From the NCBI GenBank assembly GCA_029243005.1, contig JAQWSV010000216.1, positions 1-47,835 on the forward strand: 47,835 nt of DNA. The letters are read 5' to 3'. The notes beneath the pieces are model-generated. The model was not told the origin of the DNA and ran no database searches. It saw only the letters and a program-made list of their open reading frames with translations. The DNA is from Woeseiaceae bacterium. GTDB taxonomy: Bacteria > Pseudomonadota > Gammaproteobacteria > Steroidobacterales > Woeseiaceae. Both the position numbers and the translations under genes were made by a program. Below, one piece after another: positions 1 through 8,309 of the stretch. Every line of letters begins with the position of its first letter. Position 1 is the stretch's first letter.

Positions 1-374
1 TAGCCAACCGTCGGATCGTACGCACCGTCCGTCTGTTTAGAGACGGCAAGTGCGCCACTGAGTGTGTCGCAAAATTCCCGAGAAACAGGATGCCAGGTGT
101 CGGGCCGTGCGATGTTCAGTCGAGAGAGTTCGGAATCAGGTTTCCAGGTCGAATACCGGACCTCTATCTCGGCAAGCCGCTCCTGAACTTGCTGTCCCAG
201 TGTATCCAGCTGTCCTTCCTCGGGATTGACGACGATCACCCGATAGCTTGTGCCCATTGTCTGGCCGGAAAGCACGAACTCTGGCAGTGGTTCGGGAAGG
301 ACGCCCTGCAGGTAGTACCAGGCACCGACAATCAGAACCGCGAGTACGAGGACTATATGTAGAAGCTTGTTCAT
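1..374 (-). CDS. apbE: FAD:protein FMN transferase (ApbE family), N-terminal part only; the gene runs off the window start
   Basis: Absent from the ORF track because it is truncated. The minus-strand ATG at 374 lies 5 nt after the stop of the upstream M20 gene. Translation gives MNKLLHIVLVLAVLIVGAWYY (membrane anchor), then GQTMGTSYRVIV, DSELSRLN and DGAYDPTVG, which are typical ApbE N-terminal motifs. Confidence 0.75.
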   Translation of the reverse strand, partial: MNKLLHIVLVLAVLIVGAWYYLQGVLPEPLPEFVLSGQTMGTSYRVIVVNPEEGQLDTLGQQVQERLAEIEVRYSTWKPDSELSRLNIARPDTWHPVSREFCDTLSGALAVSKQTDGAYDPTVG

Positions 375-378
375 TGCG

Positions 379-1785
379 CTAGCGTTTGTAGTGATCCTCC
401 AGCACTTCGGCGACGCAACAGGTCAGTTTCTTGCCCTTCTCGATATGCAGGAACTCGTTCGGCCCGTGGGCATTGGAGTTGGGACCCAGGAGGCCCGTGA
501 TCAGGAACTGGGCCTCCGGAAACTGTTCACCCAGCATGCCCATGAAAGGAATCGTGCCACCGGTTCCCATGTAGACTGACGGCTTGTCGAAGTAGGCATG
601 CGACGCGCGGTTCATCGATGCTTCCAGCCATTCGGCGATCGGCGGGGCATTCCAGCCCGCCATTGTTGATTCGACCTTGAACGTAACCCTCGCAAAAGCG
701 GGGGGATTGGCTTCCAGTACTTTTTTCACCGCTTCAGCTGCGTCATCCGCATCGAGGGTAGGTGGCAAGCGAAATGAGAGCTTCAGCTTGGTGTTCGGCA
801 ACATCGTGTTGCCGGCATTGACCAGCGTGGGCATACCGTCTGCACCGGTAACGGTCATGCCGGGACGCCAGTTGTTATTGAGAAGTAACTCGTAAATGGA
901 TTCCGACGGTTCGGCATCGTTGTCGACCCACGGAAACTTCTTGTAAACAGAGTCGGAGAGGACCTCGGCGGCCAGTTTGGCCTGCTCCTGGCGCTGCTCC
1001 GGAATTTCGACATACAGGTCGTCGATGCTGATCTTGCCGTTGGTTTCGTCCTCGATACGGCTTAGGAGCTGACGCAGTACACGGAAACACGAGGGAACGA
1101 TGCCGGTAGCGGAGCCCGAATGCACGCCTTCTGTCAGTACCGCGACTTCCAGACTACCGGCCAGGTTGCCGCGCAGCGACGTGGTACACCAGAGCTGATC
1201 GTAGTTGCCGCACTCGGCGTCTAGGCAGACGACAAGGCTGGGCGTACCGAGGCGCTCGCCAAGGTGTTCCATGTAGTAGGGTAGGTCGAAACTGCCGGAC
1301 TCTTCGCAACCTTCGATCAGTACGATGCAGCGTGCGTGCGGTATGCCCTGTTCCTGCAATGCGCGTATCGCGGTTAACGAACCGAAGACGGCATAGCCAT
1401 CGTCGGCGCCGCCGCGGCCGTATAACTTGCCGTCCTTTATGACGGGCTTCCAGGGGTCAAGATCGTCAGCCCAGCCCTCGAATTCCGGTTGCTTGTCGTA
1501 GTGACCGTAAAGCAGCACCACATCTTCAGAATCGCCGGGGACCTCTAGGAGCAGGATGGGTGTCCGACCTTCGAGCTTGATGACTTCGGTCGTCATACCC
1601 TCAATCGGTTGTTCCTTGCACCAGCGCTCGAACATTTGTACCGCTTTGTCCATGTAACCGTGTTTTTCCCAGTCGGGATCGAACATCGGGGACTTATTGG
1701 GGACTTTGATGTATTCGCAAAGCTCGGGAATGATCGAATCGTCCCACATCGCGTTAACGAAAGATTCGTTCTTGCTGCTGTCCAT
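379..1785 (-). CDS. M20-family metallopeptidase (dipeptidase-like), cytoplasmic
   Basis: 468 aa. Motifs LLYGHYDKQP, GRGGADDGYAVF and LIEGCEESGS (metal ligands). No signal peptide. Confidence 0.9.
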   Translation of the reverse strand: MDSSKNESFVNAMWDDSIIPELCEYIKVPNKSPMFDPDWEKHGYMDKAVQMFERWCKEQPIEGMTTEVIKLEGRTPILLLEVPGDSEDVVLLYGHYDKQPEFEGWADDLDPWKPVIKDGKLYGRGGADDGYAVFGSLTAIRALQEQGIPHARCIVLIEGCEESGSFDLPYYMEHLGERLGTPSLVVCLDAECGNYDQLWCTTSLRGNLAGSLEVAVLTEGVHSGSATGIVPSCFRVLRQLLSRIEDETNGKISIDDLYVEIPEQRQEQAKLAAEVLSDSVYKKFPWVDNDAEPSESIYELLLNNNWRPGMTVTGADGMPTLVNAGNTMLPNTKLKLSFRLPPTLDADDAAEAVKKVLEANPPAFARVTFKVESTMAGWNAPPIAEWLEASMNRASHAYFDKPSVYMGTGGTIPFMGMLGEQFPEAQFLITGLLGPNSNAHGPNEFLHIEKGKKLTCCVAEVLEDHYKR

Positions 1786-1874
1786 TCATGGTGCTCCGGA
1801 TTCAGTGAGACGCGAATAATACCAGCGTATGATGTGGAGACATGTACAAAAGAAATAACGAGGAGTGCAGATCC

Positions 1875-3098
1875 ATGTCCATCTTTCGCGGGATTCTCAT
1901 TTTTTTAACCTTCCACGTATCGTCGGCACTAGCCGATGTTGAAATCGGTGGGACCGGCCTCGACTGCGCCGATGATCCGGCCTGTATCAATCGAATGCAC
2001 CCCGATATCCCGATGGCGGCGCGGGCCGCACCCGGTGAGCGCATCATCATGCGCGGTAGGGATGCTGAGGACATGCACCTTGACCCTGACGGGTTTTCTG
2101 TCGCCGAGACGAGCCCTGTTGACCAGTTCGGCGTCGTTCACCCGATGGTCGGGCCCGTTTACATCGAGGGTGCCGTCGCCGGTGATGTGCTCGCGGTCAC
2201 GATTGAATCCATCGACCCCGGACCAGTGGGCTACACCAGCGCGTCTTCCTTCGGCTTTGCCGGCGATGCGGTAGGTAGTGAAGACCGCTTTGTTGTCTGG
2301 CGCCTGAATGATGAGTACGCGGAAACTGGTGCCATCCCGGGCGTGCGCATTCCGAATGCAAGCTTCCCGGGTGTCATGGCAACCATGCCGGGCGAGGATC
2401 TTCTTGCCACAGTACTCGATCGTGAAGCACAGCTGGCGGAAGCGGGCGGCGCCGTATATACGCCGGACGTTGATATGGCCCAGCCGTCGTCGCTCTGTGG
2501 TGAAGAGGGCAGCCAGCCGGGCCAGTGCTTGCGCACGATCCCACCAAGGGAAAATGGCGGCAATATGGATATTCGTTATCTCAAGGCAGGCGTCACTGTT
2601 TACCTACCCTGCCAGATTGATGGTTGTGGTCTCGCGATCGGGGACTTCCATTACGCGCAGGGCGATGGCGAAGTCTCGGGCACAGCCATCGAGATGGATG
2701 CCGACATCACGGTAACGACGCGTATCGTTCGTGATGGACCTGACCTCAGCCATGGACCGCACTATGAGGGTCCCGCCTCCCTATTGAATATTCCTTCGTC
2801 GAGGTTCTATGCAACGACCGGTTATCCGTTGAAGGCGGCGGGCGAGATACCTAGGGATATTGCGTACCTAGCCAATGCCAAGGTGGCGACGTTGCCGAAT
2901 CTGTCCAAGGATCTCAATCTCGCTGCACAGAATGCACTGGTCGCGATGGTCGACTACATCACAAGTCGCTACGGCTATGACCGTACACAGGCCTACATTA
3001 TCGCGAGCGTTGCGGTGGACCTGCGCATCGCGCAGCTGGTTGATGTGCCCAACGTTGGTGTCACAGCATTGCTGCCGCTGGATATCTTTGTCGATTGA
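1875..3098 (+). CDS. Acetamidase/formamidase-family amidase, exported
   Basis: FmdA/AmdA motifs NGGNMDIRYLKAGVTVYLPC and GDFHYAQGDGEVSGTAIEM. I chose the internal ATG at 1875 because it follows GAGGAG and gives the Sec signal MSIFRGILIFLTFHVSSALA. The ORF track starts at 1842. Confidence 0.85.
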   Translation: MSIFRGILIFLTFHVSSALADVEIGGTGLDCADDPACINRMHPDIPMAARAAPGERIIMRGRDAEDMHLDPDGFSVAETSPVDQFGVVHPMVGPVYIEGAVAGDVLAVTIESIDPGPVGYTSASSFGFAGDAVGSEDRFVVWRLNDEYAETGAIPGVRIPNASFPGVMATMPGEDLLATVLDREAQLAEAGGAVYTPDVDMAQPSSLCGEEGSQPGQCLRTIPPRENGGNMDIRYLKAGVTVYLPCQIDGCGLAIGDFHYAQGDGEVSGTAIEMDADITVTTRIVRDGPDLSHGPHYEGPASLLNIPSSRFYATTGYPLKAAGEIPRDIAYLANAKVATLPNLSKDLNLAAQNALVAMVDYITSRYGYDRTQAYIIASVAVDLRIAQLVDVPNVGVTALLPLDIFVD

Positions 3099-3254
3099 TT
3101 TGACGCAGGGAGGGGTAAAGCATGGAGTTATCCCCATGAACTCAGCAGTTATCTGCGAGTGTTTGCTGGAGATATTGCGTTGACTACAATGAATGATTCC
3201 GGACCATTCGGGCCAGGCCATACATGCCTTTAAGTGCTGCCGGCGACGGACCGC

Positions 3255-3788
3255 TTACTGATTGTTCAGTATTTCTTCGCGCGCCCTGAGCGGATCGACC
3301 AGTACCTTCACGCGTGCTGCTCCAACTTCTTCGGTGGTGTATGGCTCGAAGTCATCGGGCAGGCTGTCGGCATTGAATTCGGTGAGCACCCAGTTCAGCA
3401 CGGCAGCAAGGCGTGCGTTGCTCAGGTTGGCCTGGGACACGCCGGGAACCCTAACGATGTACTCACGGCCATCCGGCGACGCGATCAAGGGCACGAGCGT
3501 CTTCAGGCTCGGAATATGTGCATCCAGAACCGGGTCACCCGTGTGCAGGTGGCAGCCGCGGCAATAAAGCAGGTAATCGGTATGTGGATCTGCGTTAGCC
3601 GGGATGAATGCAGTGAGTAGGAATAACGAAAGTAGAAACGGTCGGAGCGACAGCTTGTTCCTGTGGAAGCCAGGTGAGCGCGAGGCGAGGCGCACAATTC
3701 CGAACAAGCGCTTTTTACAAAGGCGTAAATAAGCGCCGAGAGGAACTGCGAAACGCTGTATGGCGCCAGCGGGCTCTCTCAGGAGCAA
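3255..3788 (-). CDS. Monohaem c-type cytochrome, exported; probable electron acceptor of the TTQ dehydrogenase
   Basis: Single CXXCH (CRGCH) right after the signal-like segment LRPFLLSLFLLTAFIPANA. It lies 4 nt downstream of mauA on the same strand. The start is uncertain: the longest ORF starts at TTG 3788 (GGAGG 11 nt upstream), while an internal GTG at 3695 would give a normal-length signal peptide. Confidence 0.75.
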   Translation of the reverse strand: MLLREPAGAIQRFAVPLGAYLRLCKKRLFGIVRLASRSPGFHRNKLSLRPFLLSLFLLTAFIPANADPHTDYLLYCRGCHLHTGDPVLDAHIPSLKTLVPLIASPDGREYIVRVPGVSQANLSNARLAAVLNWVLTEFNADSLPDDFEPYTTEEVGAARVKVLVDPLRAREEILNNQ

Positions 3789-3792
3789 ACTG

Positions 3793-4335
3793 TCAGTCGC
3801 CTCCGGCGGCCTCGCCGAGTACTACGGCGACGGTGCAATGATAGGTGCGTGTCTCCGTACCGAAACACCAGAGAATGCTGGAGCTGTTCGAAGGGAAATA
3901 AACTGGGCGATCGCGTTCGGTGTTGTGGCAGCTGCAGCGCGCGCAAGCGCTTTTGCCGCAGCAGTCGTTGTAGGAGATCAGATAGTCACGGTCGTCAGCC
4001 GGATTGTGGCAGGTGCCGACCCACGTAATCGGAGAGACTTCGGCGCCAGGCGGGCAGGACGTGATCGTGCCACCGCAGCAGGTACAGAGTGTTCCACCCA
4101 ATGCACAGTAACGCCAGTATTCACAGCTCTGGTCGTCGCCGATTTCCTGAACGGACTCCTGGGCGAAGGACCGCGCGACTGGTAGCAGGGGTAAGGTTGC
4201 CGCACCGGCAAGCATCGCGCCGAGTCGTGATAGGAAGTTGCGTCGCGAGATCATGCGCGCGAGTCTGAGCGTTTGCTCCTTCGCGGTGTGATCAATCCAG
4301 TAATAGGTTTTGTCGACGATGTTTTTAGTATTCAT
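3793..4335 (-). CDS. mauA: TTQ amine dehydrogenase light (small) subunit
   Basis: Long Tat leader (MISRRNFLSRLGAM). Cys-rich core with both TTQ tryptophan contexts: SPITWVGTCHNPAD, YLISYNDCCG, ILWCFG and TYHCT. The ATG overlaps the mauD stop (ATGA at 4332-4335). Confidence 0.92.
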   Translation of the reverse strand: MNTKNIVDKTYYWIDHTAKEQTLRLARMISRRNFLSRLGAMLAGAATLPLLPVARSFAQESVQEIGDDQSCEYWRYCALGGTLCTCCGGTITSCPPGAEVSPITWVGTCHNPADDRDYLISYNDCCGKSACARCSCHNTERDRPVYFPSNSSSILWCFGTETRTYHCTVAVVLGEAAGGD

Positions 4336-4967
4336 GAAGCTTTTTCCTTCACTGAATGTTCATGGTCCTGTTGGGCTTGCCCAACGTATTCCTGCAGCGT
4401 CGCGATGCCGGTATCCATCGCTTCAATGAGGCTTTCGATATGCTCGCGCGTATTGACGAGCCCCTTGCTCTGCAGCGTGCCGTCAGCGCCAATCAACGCC
4501 GCGAAGGGCAGCTTGCTGACTTCAAAACTCATACCCAGCTTTTCGGACAGTACGTAGGGGTATTTGCCGAGATCCAGGTCTTTTGCGTAGGCCTGGTGTT
4601 GTTCGAGCTTGTCGCCATCGCTTGCGAAGACGAGTTTAAGCCTGTTCTTCTCTTTCGATGCCAGCGATTTGGCGGTCGGTACCAGCGACTTGCACACCGG
4701 GCAAGTCGGCGAGATGAACATCACCAGCGTATTCATTCCATCAGGGTTCGGGCCACCAATAGAGATGGTATGTCCATTAATGTCTTCGATCAACATCGCC
4801 TCGGTCAGTTCTCCGACCTTAGGTCCGTTGGTGGGCATTAATGCGCCAGCCGGTGCAACCCGCTCATGCAGGACGCCGACTTGTCGCGCAAGTGCCAGTA
4901 CGACGAGTGCCAGGACAATGACGACGATCCAGAGGATTACATTGGAGACAACGACAGCATCAGCCAT
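4332..4967 (-). CDS. mauD: MauD-like thioredoxin-fold accessory protein (membrane anchored)
   Basis: I chose the start MADAVVVSNVILWIVVIVLALVVLALA (TM anchor) at 4967. CPVC redox motif (FISPTCPVCKSL). The gene sits between mauE and mauA. Confidence 0.88.
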   Translation of the reverse strand: MADAVVVSNVILWIVVIVLALVVLALARQVGVLHERVAPAGALMPTNGPKVGELTEAMLIEDINGHTISIGGPNPDGMNTLVMFISPTCPVCKSLVPTAKSLASKEKNRLKLVFASDGDKLEQHQAYAKDLDLGKYPYVLSEKLGMSFEVSKLPFAALIGADGTLQSKGLVNTREHIESLIEAMDTGIATLQEYVGQAQQDHEHSVKEKAS

Positions 4968-5514
4968 TGCCTTTCCTCCAGGTGTTGATCGCCGCCCGGT
5001 TTGAGAGAAGCTGATTCGCCGCACCGAAAAGCAGCGCCGTCGCCAGCAGCGCAGCGACGAGAGTGATGTAATCGCCAACACCCAGCGCGCGTTCTCTCAC
5101 TGGCAGCGTCGTCGTCAGCGTAGCACTGATCAATACCAGATTGCGGACGACGAGCCCGCCGGACAGGTACTGCTCGTTGTCAGACTTGCCGCCGAACCCA
5201 CAACCACAGTCGAAGTGCACCCGGCCACGGAAGAGATTTATCGAAATTGCCGATGCATAGAGTCCCAGCAATGCCGCCGACGCTATGGCCGCTATGCCGC
5301 CCTGATTCCAGCCGGACAGCCACGCACCTCCGAGCAAGATTTCGACAATCGGAACGATTCGTGAGGCAGGAGAAACCAGCGACTCCGGCAGGACTTGGTA
5401 CTCGAGCAGCGTGACTCTGAACTGCGCGGCTTCAACAAATTTGTAATAGCCGGCCAGCAGAAACATCAACCCGAGGCCGATCGAAATCGTTTTCACAATG
5501 AGCGGGTCGAGCAT
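4960..5514 (-). CDS. mauE: MauE-like integral membrane accessory protein
   Basis: 184 aa and multi-TM, with the FDCGCGFGG motif. It overlaps the mauD start by 8 nt. Confidence 0.85.
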   Translation of the reverse strand: MLDPLIVKTISIGLGLMFLLAGYYKFVEAAQFRVTLLEYQVLPESLVSPASRIVPIVEILLGGAWLSGWNQGGIAAIASAALLGLYASAISINLFRGRVHFDCGCGFGGKSDNEQYLSGGLVVRNLVLISATLTTTLPVRERALGVGDYITLVAALLATALLFGAANQLLSNRAAINTWRKGNG

Positions 5515-5527
5515 CAGGCGTTATCGT

Positions 5528-6664
5528 TTAGAGGTCGATGTACATGCGCGCAGACGGCATCACAATCGTGCGCTCGTGCGTGAACGTCAATGCGTCGTAT
5601 ACGTGCGTACCACCTTCTTCGTCGCCGATGATGAGCAGGGGCTCGTCTTCCTGGGTTACCAGCAGATGCGCAACCGGGGTTTCAAATTCGATGCGTCCGA
5701 TACGAATGCCTGCGGCCATATTGAAAACCCAAATTTCGGTGCCCGGCTCATGATGGCTATACTGCCCACCCTGGTGCATCGTGACATATAGCAATTCGAG
5801 ACCTTTGTGAACCGATGCGAGCTCGCGACCGCCTGGCCACCAGCCGTCAGCAGCATCGTCCTCCGAGACAATGTCGAACGTACTGCTGGTCGACACCGAG
5901 TTGCCGCTGGTCGTGACATTAAAGCCTTTGCCGCCATGCGTGAACAGGAACCAGCCATCGGTGGTTCTTTGCGGGCGATCGTAAATCGGGTCTTCCATCA
6001 CATCGAAGAACTTGTCGCTCCGCACGCGATTGGTTTCCTGGCCGTTTTTATCCAGGTCAATCATCATCAATGTGCCGTCGCCGCAGATGGTCAGGAAGTC
6101 ATTGTTTTCAACTGGCAAGACCAGCGAGCAACCGGGCGTGGAAATTTCGCCAACAAACTCGCGATCCTGCACGTCAACAATTGAAATGGATTGTGCCGGT
6201 GTCAGGTTATTGATGCCGAGATGGCGGCCATCGCTCATCATTCCCGTATACGCGCGAAAACCCAGCAACGTCGCCTTTGGGGGAATTTCGATCTCGGCGA
6301 CCGGTGAGAGATTCTCGAAATCGTGCACGATCAGCCGATCCGTTCTTTCACCCCAGGTGCCGCGCGACCAGAAGACAGACGGCGAGTAAAATTCCTTGCG
6401 CTCCATGTTCGCACGCACGCCAGGTGACTGGTTGGCAATCGATATCAGTCCCTGCATTTCGCCGGTGGTTGCGTCAAACACATAGCCAGCATCGCCGGCG
6501 TGGACAACGAACCAGTTGGGGCCTGGATCCGACATCGTCTCGTTCGATCCTATGGTTTGCGGCTTGATCTGGGCATGAGCCACCGGTAGAGCGAAAGCCA
6601 GGCATAGCAGGGTTTTCGTGATGACGCGCATTATTCTTAATCCTCTGTTGCCGGTGAATGACAT
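5528..6664 (-). CDS. mauB: TTQ amine dehydrogenase heavy (large) subunit, beta-propeller
   Basis: Size and position fit MauB/AauB. Sec signal ...MRVITKTLLCLAFALPVAHAQ. Two candidate starts: ATG 6664, and ATG 6631, which is preceded by AGAGGA. The upstream part of the 434-aa track ORF is unlikely to be coding. Confidence 0.85.
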   Translation of the reverse strand: MSFTGNRGLRIMRVITKTLLCLAFALPVAHAQIKPQTIGSNETMSDPGPNWFVVHAGDAGYVFDATTGEMQGLISIANQSPGVRANMERKEFYSPSVFWSRGTWGERTDRLIVHDFENLSPVAEIEIPPKATLLGFRAYTGMMSDGRHLGINNLTPAQSISIVDVQDREFVGEISTPGCSLVLPVENNDFLTICGDGTLMMIDLDKNGQETNRVRSDKFFDVMEDPIYDRPQRTTDGWFLFTHGGKGFNVTTSGNSVSTSSTFDIVSEDDAADGWWPGGRELASVHKGLELLYVTMHQGGQYSHHEPGTEIWVFNMAAGIRIGRIEFETPVAHLLVTQEDEPLLIIGDEEGGTHVYDALTFTHERTIVMPSARMYIDL

Positions 6665-6746
6665 GGTTTTCCACCTGCGCGGGAGTCTAGCATGATTGCT
6701 TAATGTGGTATGTATTGACGCCGCGTCAGCTGGCAGAATTCGACCT

Positions 6747-7067
6747 ATGAGTAAGGCCTGGAAAATCAATGCAGTATTGATCGCTGTGGTGTTGCTGGTG
6801 GTTCTATTTGAAGTCAGTGTTTCGCCGTCCATAACTCGTGAAGTCGTTGATCCTGTCGTGGAAGCCCAGTATGCGGCGTGCTACCACGAAAAGGATGATG
6901 AGATTCACGACACAGCGTTCGGGACGATCGATAATCCGGATGTGCAAAAGGAATACATCACATCCAACCGGGCGCGCGCAGCAGCCGAATGTCGGGCGCT
7001 GTTTCCCGAATCAACCACGACGGTTGAGGAACCCGGTGGATTCAGCCTGAGGCTACGCTTCTGGTAG
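6747..7067 (+). CDS. Hypothetical small membrane-anchored protein
   Basis: MSKAWKINAVLIAVVLLVVLFEV is a TM anchor. No motif recognised. Weak RBS. The stop abuts the stop of the convergent DAAO-like gene. Confidence 0.4.
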   Translation: MSKAWKINAVLIAVVLLVVLFEVSVSPSITREVVDPVVEAQYAACYHEKDDEIHDTAFGTIDNPDVQKEYITSNRARAAAECRALFPESTTTVEEPGGFSLRLRFW

Positions 7068-8210
7068 TCAGCTCGGCAATCCGGAGAATATTCTCTGGTG
7101 CTCGCGGATGATGCGGGCTGTTTCGTCCGGTTCTGGCTGCGTCGACCAATCACCCGGTTTGAAGGTCCCACCGAGTAGCAATACATCCGATCGCGAGAAC
7201 ATATACAGATTGCTTGCGCCGCCACCGATCGTTAGATAATCGATATCCGGATCAGGCGGGAAGAATATAAGCTGGCCTTTCGCTGGAATCATTTCCTCGT
7301 CACCGAATAATTGCCGGGCACCCATGCCAGTGCAGTTGAATAGCACGGGTTCGTTCAGGGCCAGTAGTTCTTCCTTGTCCACAAAACTACGGACCACGAT
7401 CTTTCCGCCAGCGTGATAGAAGTCCTTGGTCACCCTGCGCAGGAACGTACCGGGTTCGATCATCATCGTCATTGCGATCCGACAGTAGTCCGTCGAAAAT
7501 GGATGTTCGCCGGGACCGAGAATATCTTCGTAGGGGTAAAGATCGGCGAATATACCGCTGAATTCGTCGCGACCGGAATTATTGGTCGGGCGGTAGAGCT
7601 CCATCCAGCGAATACCGTAGTTGGCGCCTCCGAGATTGGTGTGCGCATGGTGCGAAATCCGGCCGGCAAAGCGAAGTTGCGATTTGAAGGCATCCGATGA
7701 GAGATCGGGGTCGTGGGCGCTTGCCGGCCCCCACTCACCACCTGCGACATTTGAGGTGGTATGTCGGGGCATATCCCGCGTGTAGATCGTAACCTTCCAG
7801 CCTGCATCCTGTAGCAGTCGCGCGCTGGTCAATCCCATGACACCGGCCCCGATCACTGCGACCTCACGATGTTCCATGCCGAGTGTCTCTCGAACGGCCA
7901 GCGCTGATGAGCCCCAGCACAAGGTAATGCCTGAGCCGCCATGGCCGTAATTGTGCACGACGACTTTCTCACCCAGCTTTTCGCTGCGTACGACGAATCC
8001 GGCTGGGCGATAGGGGCGGTGTCCGACCACTTCACGAATGACGTTTTCGTGGTTGATCCTGGGCGCGTACATCGGTTTGCGCGAGTGCGGCCGCTTGAAA
8101 CTAGCTCCACTGGACGGCATTGACACACAACCAGCGACCGAAGCGGCGAGGGCGCCCGTCCCAATAGTCTTCAACAGGTCACGGCGTAAGTTTCGTTTGT
8201 AAGCAGTCAT
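7068..8210 (-). CDS. Tat-exported (possibly lipidated) FAD oxidoreductase of the D-amino-acid-oxidase family, with apparently circularly permuted sequence order
   Basis: Start ATG 8210 (GGGGAG upstream) gives MTAYKRNLRRDLLKTIGTGALAASVAGC, which combines a Tat RR motif with a lipobox-like AGC. The HNYGHGGSGITLCWG block is normally at the C-terminus of DAAO, but here it precedes the Rossmann motif VAVIGAGVMGLTSA. Later blocks are TTSNVAGGEWGP, LFNCTGMGAR and LLGGTF. The 532-aa track ORF is an over-extension into the divergent gene. Confidence 0.8.
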   Translation of the reverse strand: MTAYKRNLRRDLLKTIGTGALAASVAGCVSMPSSGASFKRPHSRKPMYAPRINHENVIREVVGHRPYRPAGFVVRSEKLGEKVVVHNYGHGGSGITLCWGSSALAVRETLGMEHREVAVIGAGVMGLTSARLLQDAGWKVTIYTRDMPRHTTSNVAGGEWGPASAHDPDLSSDAFKSQLRFAGRISHHAHTNLGGANYGIRWMELYRPTNNSGRDEFSGIFADLYPYEDILGPGEHPFSTDYCRIAMTMMIEPGTFLRRVTKDFYHAGGKIVVRSFVDKEELLALNEPVLFNCTGMGARQLFGDEEMIPAKGQLIFFPPDPDIDYLTIGGGASNLYMFSRSDVLLLGGTFKPGDWSTQPEPDETARIIREHQRIFSGLPS

Positions 8211-8309
8211 CGATTCGACTCCCCTGAAAAAACCGGGTCCGGAGAAGCGTAGTTGGCTTTCTGGCGAATGACAATTAAAGTGCATTGAACCGGAAAGGGG
8301 GATGTTTCG

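Noticed and set aside
90-362. 90-aa plus-strand ORF at the window start
   Set aside because: The opposite strand encodes a clear ApbE N-terminus (TMGTSY, SELSRLN, YDPTVG). That gene starts 5 nt after the M20 stop.
3255-3788. Possibility that the cytochrome ORF is the missing MauG
   Set aside because: It has only one CXXCH and fewer than 180 residues. MauG is a dihaem protein of about 40 kDa in the cytochrome c peroxidase family.
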